In this document: positions 9,892 through 18,753 of the stretch, one piece after another
Layout of the letters: every line of letters begins with the position of its first letter
How positions within the stretch are numbered: position 1 is the first letter of the stretch
Assembly (NCBI GenBank): GCA_965197645.1
Contig: OZ240219.1
Location: 320,001-384,000, forward strand
DNA: 64,000 nt
Origin: Dehalococcoidia bacterium
GTDB lineage: Bacteria > Chloroflexota > Dehalococcoidia > Plut-88900
Direction of reading: 5' to 3'
Translations under genes and position numbers: made by a program
The notes under the pieces: generated by a model
Databases searched by the model: none
What the model was told of the DNA's origin: nothing
The model's input: the letters and a program-made list of their open reading frames with translations, nothing else

Positions 9892-10242
9892 ATGACCATC
9901 ATCGATAGTAGGCAGGCCTCCGCCCAGGAGTCCTTCCCGGGCATAGACAGGCGGACGTACGTCAACGCCGAGATGGGGGCACAATCTCTCAGTGTGATGG
10001 ACCTGGTGATGTCCGCGTCATCGACGGTGCCGACCCACACCCACCCGACGGAGGAGGCGATGGTGGTGCTGGAGGGTCAGTTGGAGGCCGTCATAGGAGA
10101 CCAGGTAGTGACCGTTCAGCCGGGCCAGACCGTCCTGGCTTCGGCGGGCGTCTCGCATGGGCTGACCAACAAGTCGGGAGCCGATGCCCGCATCATGGCC
10201 ATCTTCCCCACGGGCACTGTCGAACGCACCCTCGTGAATTGA
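9892..10242 (+). CDS. Cupin_2 domain protein
   Basis: HTHPTEE...VLEG and GVSHG cupin motifs. Confidence 0.85.
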   Translation: MTIIDSRQASAQESFPGIDRRTYVNAEMGAQSLSVMDLVMSASSTVPTHTHPTEEAMVVLEGQLEAVIGDQVVTVQPGQTVLASAGVSHGLTNKSGADARIMAIFPTGTVERTLVN

Positions 10243-10250
10243 GCTGCGGC

Positions 10251-11114
10251 TTACGTTTCGCGTCGCTCCGGTAGTGCGGCGTGGGTTCCGAGGACAAGTC
10301 CGGCCTCGTGCACCTGAGCTACAAGAGAGTCCCATAGCCCACGCAATTCCTCTCTGGTGCGCTGGCGCCGCGGCCCTTTCTGAGCCTGCCAACTCCTCGG
10401 GTTGAAGTACTCACTCGGAAGGCCGATCACCGGACGTGGAAAGCCTGCATCGCCGTGCGCCGGCATCGCGGGGAAGAAGCTGAACATACCCTCTACCGGA
10501 TTGTCGGGTGTTGCTCCCATGTAGAGCCTGAACGAGGCCCTCTCGTTGTCCGTAATGGGGCCGCCGGTTACCGTGAGGAATGCCTCAGGCGCGGCGTCCT
10601 CTAGCGTCGAGCGCGCCTCCGGTGCCCTGTAGGTGAGGGAATCCGCGACCACGAGCACGGTGTCGAGCACCCACCTACGTTCGCCAGCTATTTTCCTTCC
10701 GCTCCCAAACGCGATCACCGTGCCTCGTCCGAGGTGCGCCAGGCTCGGGACGCTCCCCTGTTTGCAGTTTGAATACAGGAACCGCTCGCCGAAGATGAAC
10801 GGATCGGTGTTGTGCAACAATCGATAGTTGCTTTTGGGGACGTAGTATGGACTCCAGAGATAGCCAGGATACTGCCGGTCCTGTCGGGGTTGCTGGAGCT
10901 TGGAGGTGAGGTCCGATTCGGCTTCCCACTCGCCCCAAGCACGGAGGCTGCCGCTCCGTTCGGTGCCGTCTCCTTCGATCCATTTGCCGCGGAACTCCAT
11001 GAACTTGCGAGCGTGACTGTTGGGGAGAGTGTTCCAACCCTTCCTTCCGTTGGGATCGGGTTCATGCTCTCCGCCCGGATGAGGGAATTGAACAAAGCAC
11101 CTGTTATCGGTCAC
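10251..11114 (-). CDS. Conserved hypothetical protein, Nmad-like (nucleotide-modification-associated) candidate
   Basis: GTG start at 11114 with GGAGG RBS, overlapping the upstream stop by 11 nt; motifs QFPHPGGEH, WGEWE, NTDPFIFGERFLYSNCKQ, GTVIAFGS, LDTVLVV; Nmad likeness is by eye only. Confidence 0.55.
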   Translation of the reverse strand: MTDNRCFVQFPHPGGEHEPDPNGRKGWNTLPNSHARKFMEFRGKWIEGDGTERSGSLRAWGEWEAESDLTSKLQQPRQDRQYPGYLWSPYYVPKSNYRLLHNTDPFIFGERFLYSNCKQGSVPSLAHLGRGTVIAFGSGRKIAGERRWVLDTVLVVADSLTYRAPEARSTLEDAAPEAFLTVTGGPITDNERASFRLYMGATPDNPVEGMFSFFPAMPAHGDAGFPRPVIGLPSEYFNPRSWQAQKGPRRQRTREELRGLWDSLVAQVHEAGLVLGTHAALPERRET

Positions 11115-11871
11115 GGTGAAATACCTCCAATGCGGTCGCGCCTGCTTCTCGCTTCTGGATGTTGCCCAGCCGGCCAAGGGGCTTCTGCGCTGCGGGGATG
11201 AAGACAAAAAGTGATGGTTTGCTGCTGATCTCGCACCAGCGTACAGAAACACTCACAGGTCGTTTGCGGGGTGTGCCCTGCCCTGTTCGGTCAAACAGGT
11301 GGACGACTTGCCACCCGTTCAGGAAATTGAATTGAATGCGCGATAGATGGTGGCGCGCAACAGACAGTATCACTATTTGCGGTCGCAGCACTTTCAGTAA
11401 GGCGTGCCAGAGCGGACCGCCGTCCTTCTCGAGAGTCTCCCGCACCGTTGGGTCGAGGCGGCTCCATGTCGGGTCGGTGGCGACGGAAGAGCAGATGTCG
11501 GTATGGAGGACTGTCGAGGACTGCCCCTGATAGTAGCTCGCCTCCATGCCGTTAAGCAGCGGCTCGAACGCGCTGAACCAACCTCTATACGGATCGGTAC
11601 GGAAGTAGGCCGAGAGCGCGTCCAGGTAGCGGTCCGGCTCACTTGCCGTAACGCTCTCAGCTAGCGGGAACCGCCGGAAGGGGGACTCCGTTGGGAACTC
11701 GTGCAACGAGGGATTTAAGCCTACGGTCAGGATGCGTACCCTTGAAGAAAAGTAAACGTGAAGGTCGCCAAAGAACAGTATCGGGATGGAAGGACTGACG
11801 CGTGATGGCAGGGCGTCTGCGCGCTCGAATGCGCTCCACGCCCCCGCCACCACCTGGCTAAGGGTTGCCAT
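11104..11871 (-). CDS. Uracil-DNA glycosylase superfamily-like protein (divergent)
   Basis: PILFFGD...RILTVGLNPS (UDG motif A-like), HTDIC..AT, LRPQIVILS; start could be TTG 11880. Confidence 0.65.
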   Translation of the reverse strand: MATLSQVVAGAWSAFERADALPSRVSPSIPILFFGDLHVYFSSRVRILTVGLNPSLHEFPTESPFRRFPLAESVTASEPDRYLDALSAYFRTDPYRGWFSAFEPLLNGMEASYYQGQSSTVLHTDICSSVATDPTWSRLDPTVRETLEKDGGPLWHALLKVLRPQIVILSVARHHLSRIQFNFLNGWQVVHLFDRTGQGTPRKRPVSVSVRWCEISSKPSLFVFIPAAQKPLGRLGNIQKREAGATALEVFHRDR

Positions 11872-11889
11872 CTCCTTCAAAAAAGACCC

Positions 11890-11916
11890 ACAAGGACCTG
11901 CGTTGCAGGTCCTTGT
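11890..11916. promoter_or_regulatory. Perfect 12-bp hairpin just upstream of the UDG-like gene
   Basis: acaaggacctgc-gtt-gcaggtccttgt, followed on the minus strand by a T-run and the start codon. Confidence 0.5.
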
Positions 11917-12099
11917 CCTCCTTCAACGCCATGAAAGGATAATACCCGATGGTGCCTCCCGCGTGGAACATTGCGGATGGCCCTAACCCATGCCTGCTTT
12001 CTTGCGGCAGCCCCCCGGCGTAACCTGCGACGCCGAAATGCAGCCCCAATCGTGATACAATCGGGCTGGAAGCCAACTCACGTCTCAAGGGAGGGCGAC

Positions 12100-12603
12100 A
12101 TGAGCTACAAACCAAAGGGACTGGGACACGTGAACATCTACGTGCGGAACGTGGAGCGGTCAGAGCAGTGGTATCGGGACCTACTGGGTTTGCACACCTA
12201 TGACTTTGCGCCCGGAGAAGCCGCCTTCATGTCGGCCGACCCGGAGGTCTCCCACGAAATCGCCCTGATAGAGGTGGGCGACGACGCCCTCGGGCCGCAG
12301 CAGGCGCAGGTTGGGCTGAACCACATGGCCTGGTACATGCACAATCTGGACGACTTGAAGGAGCTGTATCTCAGGGTCAAAGCAATGAACATACCCATTG
12401 AGACCGTGTCCGACCACGGCCTCTCCATAGGCATCTATATCCACGACCCAGACGGCAACGGCATCGAGCTCTCCTACGAGTTGCCCCGCAGCGAATGGGG
12501 CCGGGAGGAGAACATCTTCATGGGCGGCGACTTCACCCAGATGGGCCGCTTCCCGGGACCGTGGGACGAAGAGCTCGTCAAGGACGCCGCTACCACGACC
12601 TAG
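12100..12603 (+). CDS. VOC / glyoxalase-like (catechol 2,3-dioxygenase-type) protein
   Basis: LGHVNIYV, GLNHMAW, DHG...IYIHDPDGNGIEL; ATG 12100 after GGAGG. Confidence 0.85.
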   Translation: MSYKPKGLGHVNIYVRNVERSEQWYRDLLGLHTYDFAPGEAAFMSADPEVSHEIALIEVGDDALGPQQAQVGLNHMAWYMHNLDDLKELYLRVKAMNIPIETVSDHGLSIGIYIHDPDGNGIELSYELPRSEWGREENIFMGGDFTQMGRFPGPWDEELVKDAATTT

Positions 12604-12742
12604 CCCGGGCCTGCGAGGAGCTGAAAATCCTACGATGGACTGATGCCCAGCGGTTACCGACAATAGCTCGCTCTGTATGGTCCACAAACAGAGCCACTTT
12701 GACTTCACGTTTCCCTGTTCACAACCGATTAAGGAGTGACAC

Positions 12743-13495
12743 ATGACAGGCAGCTTCGAGAACAAGATAGCTCTGGTTACGGGAGGAAGCTCGGGGATCG
12801 GGCGGGCCACGGCCCTGGTCTTCGCCAGAGAAGGCGCTAAAGTCGTAGTGGCTGATGTCGGGACCGAAGGAGGGGAGGAGACGGTGGGGATGATAGGGGA
12901 GAACGGTGGCGACGCTACGTTCCTGAAGGTCGACGTGTCCAGGCGGGACGAAGTCGAGTCGATGGTGAACAGCGTAGTGGAAACTCACGGCCGGCTGGAC
13001 TGTGCCTTCAATGCCGCCGGTATCGAAGGGCCGGTGGGCCTGGGAATAGACTACTCCGAAGAAGATTGGGACCGAATCATCGACATCAACTTGAAGGGTG
13101 TTTGGCTGTGCATGAAGTATGAGATTCCTGCGCTGCTCGAGGGTGGTGGCGGGGCCATCGTGAACGTGTCATCGGTTAGCGGGCTGGAGGGCAGCGAGAT
13201 GATGGCGGCCTACTCGGCCAGTAAGCACGGAGTGGCCGGACTTACCCGGGCCTTCGCCAACGAGTACGGGGGAAACGGCATCAGGGTCAATGCGGTGTGC
13301 CCGGGCGACATCGACACGCCCATGGCAGAGCGGCTTCGCGCCGCGAGGCTGGAGGACTGGGGCACGGGCCGGATTCCCATTGGGCGCGCCGCCCCTCCGG
13401 CAGAAGTTGGGGAAGTGGCCGTGTGGCTCTGCTCGGAGGCGGCATCCTACGTCAACGGCATCCTCATGCCAGTGGACGGTGGATACATGGCCTGA
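12743..13495 (+). CDS. Short-chain dehydrogenase/reductase
   Basis: TGGSSGIG, NAAG, YSASK, IRVNAVCPG, VDGG. Confidence 0.92.
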   Translation: MTGSFENKIALVTGGSSGIGRATALVFAREGAKVVVADVGTEGGEETVGMIGENGGDATFLKVDVSRRDEVESMVNSVVETHGRLDCAFNAAGIEGPVGLGIDYSEEDWDRIIDINLKGVWLCMKYEIPALLEGGGGAIVNVSSVSGLEGSEMMAAYSASKHGVAGLTRAFANEYGGNGIRVNAVCPGDIDTPMAERLRAARLEDWGTGRIPIGRAAPPAEVGEVAVWLCSEAASYVNGILMPVDGGYMA

Positions 13496-13507
13496 CGGTT
13501 GGCAGAA

Positions 13508-13584
13508 TGGTCGGGGCGCCGGGATTTGAACCCGGGACCTCATCGTCCCGAACGATGCGCGCTACCAAACTGCGCCACGCCCCG
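13508..13584 (-). tRNA. tRNA-Pro(CGG)
   Basis: Reverse complement CGGGGCGTGGCGCAGTTTGGTAGCGCGCATCGTTCGGGACGATGAGGTCCCGGGTTCAAATCCCGGCGCCCCGACCA: cloverleaf, anticodon CGG, encoded CCA. Confidence 0.97.
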
Positions 13585-13730
13585 TCTGCAAACAGGTCAA
13601 GCAACATTATAGCCCCTCCTGTCCACTGCCCTTGCACCTGTCTTCTTTTCCCACAACAAAAAGCACTAGTCGTGTAGAATGGGCTTGTTGCTGTGTTTAC
13701 TCGAACTGCCGCCAAGCTAGCCCGAACCAG

Positions 13731-14648
13731 ATGAACAATCGACCAACCAGGGTGACCCTTCGGGCCCCGGCCACCACGGCCAACATGGGGCCAGGTTTCG
13801 ACTCTATGGGCATGGCCTTGGACATTTTCAACACCGTTTCGGTAGAGCCGGCCGATTCGCTCCGGATATCCATTACCGGACACGGCAGCGATCTCCTCAG
13901 CCGGGACCAGGACAACATGGTCTACCGGGGCTTCGAGGCCGTTTACCGGGAGACTGGCACTACGACACCTCTCGTACACCTGTCCTGCCACAACGAAATT
14001 CCCCTCAGGAGAGGGCTGGGAAGCAGCGCCGCGGCCGTCACCACCGGCCTCGTGGCGGGGAATGTACTGAGCGGCGCCGGCCTATCCACCGAAGCGTTGC
14101 TCTCCCTCGCCGACGCCATCGAGGGCCATCCCGACAACGCCGCGCCCGCTCTCTTCGGCGGCTGCCAGATAGTGATCAGAGATGGTGGGAGGTTGGAATC
14201 CCACCCGGTTCCCATCAAAGACCGGGTCTCGGCCGTCCTCCTCATCCCGGAGTTTGAAATCCCCACCGATGCGGCCAGGGCGGCGCTGCCAAAACAGGTG
14301 GACATGGGAGATGCCGTGTTCAACGTCGGCCGGGCCGCATTGATGTGCGTTGCCCTGTCAACGGGGCGTAACGGCGCCCTGAGGCTGGCCAGCCAGGACT
14401 CGCTGCATCAACCCCACAGGGCCCATCTCTTTCCCCCGATGCAGAAGGTCTTCTGCGCTGCTCTCGAGGCTGGGGCTGACGGCGTGTTCCTTTCCGGCAG
14501 CGGCTCGACGATACTGGCCCTCGCCACCGATAACGAGTCCAGCATAGCCAAGGCCATGCTGGATATCTGCGTCGGGGAAGGCGTCCAGGGTACGACCCGC
14601 ATCGCTCATCCCTGCCCCACCGGCGTAACCGTTGTGGAGGAGAGATAG
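13731..14648 (+). CDS. thrB: Homoserine kinase
   Basis: PATTANMGPGFD, IPLRRGLGSSAAA, EGHPDN, LSGSGST. Confidence 0.95.
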   Translation: MNNRPTRVTLRAPATTANMGPGFDSMGMALDIFNTVSVEPADSLRISITGHGSDLLSRDQDNMVYRGFEAVYRETGTTTPLVHLSCHNEIPLRRGLGSSAAAVTTGLVAGNVLSGAGLSTEALLSLADAIEGHPDNAAPALFGGCQIVIRDGGRLESHPVPIKDRVSAVLLIPEFEIPTDAARAALPKQVDMGDAVFNVGRAALMCVALSTGRNGALRLASQDSLHQPHRAHLFPPMQKVFCAALEAGADGVFLSGSGSTILALATDNESSIAKAMLDICVGEGVQGTTRIAHPCPTGVTVVEER

Positions 14649-14650
14649 CG

Positions 14651-15874
14651 TTGGCGCTTCTGGTACAGAAGTACGGCGGTTCCTCCGTAGCCGACTCCCA
14701 GCTAATCGTCAACGTGGCCAAACGCATAGTCTCGACGGCGAAGAAGGGGAACCAGGTGGTGGTTGTCGTCTCGGCGATGGGGGACACCACCGACGAGCTG
14801 ATCAACCTCGCTCACCAGATAACCGACGACCCCGCACCTCGTGAGCTGGACGTACTGCTGTCCACCGGCGAGATGGTCTCCAGCACCCTGATGTCCATGG
14901 CTATCAGGAACCTCGGCCACGAGGCCATCAGTCTCAGCGGCGCCCAGGCCGGCATCCGGACCGATTCCGCCTACAGCAGCGCTCGGATCACCGCCGTAGA
15001 AGTGGAAAGACTTCTGAAGGAGCTGGAAAAGGGCAAGATCGTCATCGTCGCCGGGTTTCAGGGCATCACGCCGGACATGGACGTGACCACCCTCGGACGG
15101 GGAGGCTCCGACACCAGTGCCGTCGCCCTGGCGGCGGCCCTCAACGCCAGCCAGTGCGAGATATACACAGACGTTAGAGGCGTCTTTACAGCCGACCCAC
15201 GGGTTGTGCCCGGCTCCCTTCAACTCGACCAGATAAGCTTCGAAGAGATGCTGGAGCTGGCCAGCTATGGCGCCGTCGTGCTTCACCCCCGGGCGGTGGA
15301 GCTGGGCGCCGCCTACAACATCCCCATCCTGGTTGCCTCCAGCTTTGAGGACGTGCCGGGTACTTTGATACATGGAGGTGAGTCCTTGGAGGTCAGAAAC
15401 AAGCTCAGCGGCATAGCTCTAGATACCGACGTGGCCAAGATAACCATACTGGGAGTGCCGGACAGGCCGGGCATAGCCGCCTCCATATTCGAACCCCTCG
15501 CCGACTCCGGCATCAGCGTCGACACGATAGTCCAGAACGCCAGCACCGAAAACGTCACCGATGTAACGCTGACCGTCTCTCGAAAAGACCTGAAACAGGC
15601 CGAGGTGCTGATGAAGCCGATCTCCGAGACCCTGGGCAGCAGTGGGTTCGTTTCGGACCCGGACCTGGCCAAGGTCAGCATAGTGGGCACCGGCATGCAG
15701 AACGCCCCGGGCTACGCCTCCCGCATGTTCCGGGCGCTGTACGATGCCAACATCAACATCGAGCTGATCACCACCGCCGAGATCCGAATCACCTGCATAG
15801 TCGGCTTGTCCAAGGCAAACGAGGCAGTCGAGGCCCTTCACAACGCTTTCGTCCTGGAGAAGATGGAGGGTTAG
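14651..15874 (+). CDS. lysC: Aspartate kinase
   Basis: QKYGGSS, VVSAMGDTTD, TLGRGGSDT, two C-terminal ACT domains. Confidence 0.96.
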   Translation: MALLVQKYGGSSVADSQLIVNVAKRIVSTAKKGNQVVVVVSAMGDTTDELINLAHQITDDPAPRELDVLLSTGEMVSSTLMSMAIRNLGHEAISLSGAQAGIRTDSAYSSARITAVEVERLLKELEKGKIVIVAGFQGITPDMDVTTLGRGGSDTSAVALAAALNASQCEIYTDVRGVFTADPRVVPGSLQLDQISFEEMLELASYGAVVLHPRAVELGAAYNIPILVASSFEDVPGTLIHGGESLEVRNKLSGIALDTDVAKITILGVPDRPGIAASIFEPLADSGISVDTIVQNASTENVTDVTLTVSRKDLKQAEVLMKPISETLGSSGFVSDPDLAKVSIVGTGMQNAPGYASRMFRALYDANINIELITTAEIRITCIVGLSKANEAVEALHNAFVLEKMEG

Positions 15875-16098
15875 GCCCCGGTTTTACAGGCGCCCGGATA
15901 GGAGGCGTGTAGAGCGCCACCTTGCATTTCTCCATTCAGATACGGAGCGGCATTTAGTTCTCCGTCGGACGGTGGCATCGTACCCTGAAATCCTTTTGCG
16001 GGATTTAGTTGTGCCGGGGGTTATTCCGGAAATTGGGTCTCTGACCCCTTGATTCCTTCCCGGAGACGTTCCAAAATCCAGGGAAAAAGAGGCAGCCA

Positions 16099-16533
16099 AT
16101 GAGTTCCGTAGAAAACATACTTAAGGACAGCCGAACGGTTGCTGTGGTGGGGCTTTCGCCCAAGCAGCACCGGGACAGCCACGAGGTCGCCAAGTATCTC
16201 CAGGACCAGGGCTACCGCATCATCCCTGTGAATCCCAAGGCCGAGGAGGTCTTGAACGAAAAGTGCTACCCGGACCTGGAGTCCGTCCCGGACAAGATAG
16301 ACGTGGTGGACATCTTCAGACGCTCGGAGGACGTGCCGCCGATAGTCGACCAAGCCATCTGCATCGGTGCTTCAACGGTATGGATGCAACTGGGCATCGT
16401 GAACGAAGAAGCCGCTGCCAAGGCTGAAGCCGCGGGGCTGAACGTTATCATGGATAGATGCACGCTCGTGGAGCACAAACGGCTGGTCCGGGAGGGTAAA
16501 CTGCCCCGAAAACCCGGCGCACTGACAGACTGA
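16099..16533 (+). CDS. CoA-binding protein (YccU-like)
   Basis: VAVVGLS, IIPVNP, DVVDIFRRSE, VWMQLGI, MDRC. Confidence 0.92.
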   Translation: MSSVENILKDSRTVAVVGLSPKQHRDSHEVAKYLQDQGYRIIPVNPKAEEVLNEKCYPDLESVPDKIDVVDIFRRSEDVPPIVDQAICIGASTVWMQLGIVNEEAAAKAEAAGLNVIMDRCTLVEHKRLVREGKLPRKPGALTD

Positions 16534-16718
16534 TGAAAAATGGGGTATGCAGAGGAGCGAAGCAAATAGTTCTGAGACTGCCTGCTTGGGGCCGGGAGTC
16601 TGAGAGCCTGCCCTGAGCCCGCCGAAGGGGCGTCCCTCAGGAACAATCTCTTTATCTTCCTCCTTCCTGGCCAGGAAGGGGGCTAGGGGGATGGTCGGAA
16701 CGGTTTTACAGTACCCTG
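16526..16718. mobile_element. MITE-like element, copy 2 (193 bp), with a nested REP-like insert
   Basis: Colinear with 5018-5187 (aaaaatggg..tatgcaga..gcgaagcaaat..ttctgagactg..gggccgggagtctgag..tccctcag..acaatctct..ttcctggcca..agggggatggtcg); extra segment cctgccctgagcccgccgaaggg. Confidence 0.75.
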
Positions 16719-16778
16719 CCAAACCCTTGAAATAGTGAACGCCAGTGGATAGAATGCACCATCCCCGCAGGGGCGATT

Positions 16779-17633
16779 ATGGAAACTAGAGCACCTAGAA
16801 GCAGAAAATCGAGCCCTCAGGCCCTGGAGGCCGAGGCTATCGAGCTGGCCACGGCCGGCCGGTGGCAGGAGGCCCTCGAGGTCAACACCGAGTGCATCGA
16901 GATCTCACCGGAAGACTCCGGTGCGTACAATCGGCTCGGCAAGGCCCTGATGGAGCTGGGCCAGTACCACGAGGCGCAAGCCGCTTTCAGTCGCACCCTG
17001 GAGATCCTGCCCACCAACTCCATCGCCAAGAAGAACCTGAAACGGCTGGAGCACTTGCTGGAATCGGCCCCGAACCGTCAGACCACCTACACCAAGATAG
17101 CGCCGCAGCACTTCATAGAGGAGACGGGCAAGACCGGCATTACCGTCCTTATCGCTCCCGGCCCGCCGGAGGTTCTGGCCTGGCAGGACCCCGGAGTCCC
17201 CGTAGTCCTGCGACAGGACAGTGGGAACCTCATCGTGGACAGCGCCGATGGACAGTACCTGGGTCAGGTGGAGCCCAAGCTCACGTTCCGCCTCTCGCAG
17301 CTAATGGAGGGCGGCAACAGGTACGAAGGCGCCGTGACCAGCGTCGACGACGACAAGATTTCCGTGATCATTAGAGAGGTGTTCCAAGACCCGAGCCAGG
17401 TTGGGAAGTTCCCGTTTCCGTCCAAGGGCTCGGATGGGTTTCGCTCCGATATCAAGGAAAGCGTCATCAAATACGAGTTGGGGCAGGAAATTGCCTCTCA
17501 CGACGACGAGTTGGATTCCTGGGAGGACAAAGAGGACCCCAACGTCCCTGACGGCATCAGCATAGTCAGCGGAGACCGGGACAAATTTACGGTCGTGGAA
17601 GAGCCGGAAAAGGACGAAACCGGGGAATCCTGA
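16779..17633 (+). CDS. Tetratricopeptide repeat protein with a C-terminal beta domain and acidic tail
   Basis: AYNRLGKALMELGQYHEAQAAF TPR repeats; FIEETGKTG; GGNRYE. Confidence 0.75.
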   Translation: METRAPRSRKSSPQALEAEAIELATAGRWQEALEVNTECIEISPEDSGAYNRLGKALMELGQYHEAQAAFSRTLEILPTNSIAKKNLKRLEHLLESAPNRQTTYTKIAPQHFIEETGKTGITVLIAPGPPEVLAWQDPGVPVVLRQDSGNLIVDSADGQYLGQVEPKLTFRLSQLMEGGNRYEGAVTSVDDDKISVIIREVFQDPSQVGKFPFPSKGSDGFRSDIKESVIKYELGQEIASHDDELDSWEDKEDPNVPDGISIVSGDRDKFTVVEEPEKDETGES

Positions 17634-17670
17634 AACCGGCCCCCGAATACGGAACTCGATGTTCCGCGCG

Positions 17671-17698
17671 GGCCTGGGCCATAGCCCAGGCCTTACTT
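17671..17698 (+). terminator. Probable intrinsic terminator after the TPR gene
   Basis: ggcctgggc-cata-gcccaggcc followed by ttactt. Confidence 0.5.
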
Positions 17699-17807
17699 GC
17701 GCATAGGTCCCGTCCGGAATGAGGGCTGACACATTAATCCAGTGTCGCCATTCCGCCGGATGGACCTCCTCATTGAAAGAATAGGCGAAAAAGGGTTAAA
17801 CTGAGGC

Positions 17808-18746
17808 GTGCGTCACAGCGAGACTTTACCTCTCTCCCAGGAATACCTGGGCCTCATCTCCAAATATCCCCCTCTTCAGGCCATCGGCAACACGCCCCTG
17901 GTGGGCCTTGATCTGGGCTTGGACATCGGCGACGCCGAGATCTTCGCCAAGTACGAGAACCTGAACCCGGGCGGCTCCATCAAGGACCGGCCCGTGCTGC
18001 GAATGCTCGTCGAGGCGGTCCTCTCCGGCGAGCTGACCAGGGACAAAACCATCCTGGACTCCACCTCCGGCAATGCCGGCATCGCCTATGCCATGATCGG
18101 CGCGGTGCTGGGCTACAAGGTGGAGCTCGTCATGCCTGCCAACGCAAGCGAAGAGCGGAAGAAGCGGGTCAGGTCCCACGGCGCCAACATCGTCTTCACA
18201 GACCCCCTGCTGGGCTACGATGAAAGCCTTCGGGAGGTCAGGCGGCGGTACGAGGATAACCCAGAAAAGTACTTCTTCTGCGACCAGTACAAGAACCGGA
18301 ACAACTGGCTTGCCCACTATGACACCACCGCCGATGAGATTCTCAAACAGGCCCCGGACCTCACCCATTTCGTTGCCGGAGTTGGCACCGGGGGCACGAT
18401 AACCGGTGTGGGCAAGCGTCTCAAGCAGGAGAAGCCGGACGTGAAGGTGGTCTGCATCATCCCGGGAGACTGGCGGGGCATCGAGGGGCTCAAGCCGCTG
18501 GGCGAAGACGATATAGTCCCTGAGATCTTCGATGAGAGCGTTGTTGACGAGAAGATGGATATGGACGTGGATGCCGCCCACAAGATGTCCAAGCTGCTGG
18601 CATCCAAGGGGATATTCGTGGGCCAATCCTCGGGGGCATACGTGCAGGGCGCCTACGAGGTTGCTCGCAGGGAGCGTAAAGGGCGCATCGTGACCGTCTT
18701 CAACGACCTCGGCGAGCGCTACTTCAGCACCGGCATGTGGGACTAG
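17808..18746 (+). CDS. cysM: PLP-dependent cysteine synthase (CysM/CysK family)
   Basis: IGNTPLV, NPGGSIKDR, STSGNAG, GVGTGGT, SSG, DLGERYFST. Confidence 0.9.
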   Translation: MRHSETLPLSQEYLGLISKYPPLQAIGNTPLVGLDLGLDIGDAEIFAKYENLNPGGSIKDRPVLRMLVEAVLSGELTRDKTILDSTSGNAGIAYAMIGAVLGYKVELVMPANASEERKKRVRSHGANIVFTDPLLGYDESLREVRRRYEDNPEKYFFCDQYKNRNNWLAHYDTTADEILKQAPDLTHFVAGVGTGGTITGVGKRLKQEKPDVKVVCIIPGDWRGIEGLKPLGEDDIVPEIFDESVVDEKMDMDVDAAHKMSKLLASKGIFVGQSSGAYVQGAYEVARRERKGRIVTVFNDLGERYFSTGMWD

Positions 18747-18753
18747 GCCGCCC

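Noticed and set aside
13508-13584. tRNA-Pro as an integration site for the left accessory region
   Set aside because: No integrase and no duplicated tRNA 3' end found; the gtcggggcg matches near 3222 and 3373 belong to REP units
15875-16098. Possible riboswitch or sRNA after lysC
   Set aside because: No recognisable aptamer motif or convincing stem, and it lies downstream rather than upstream of lysC
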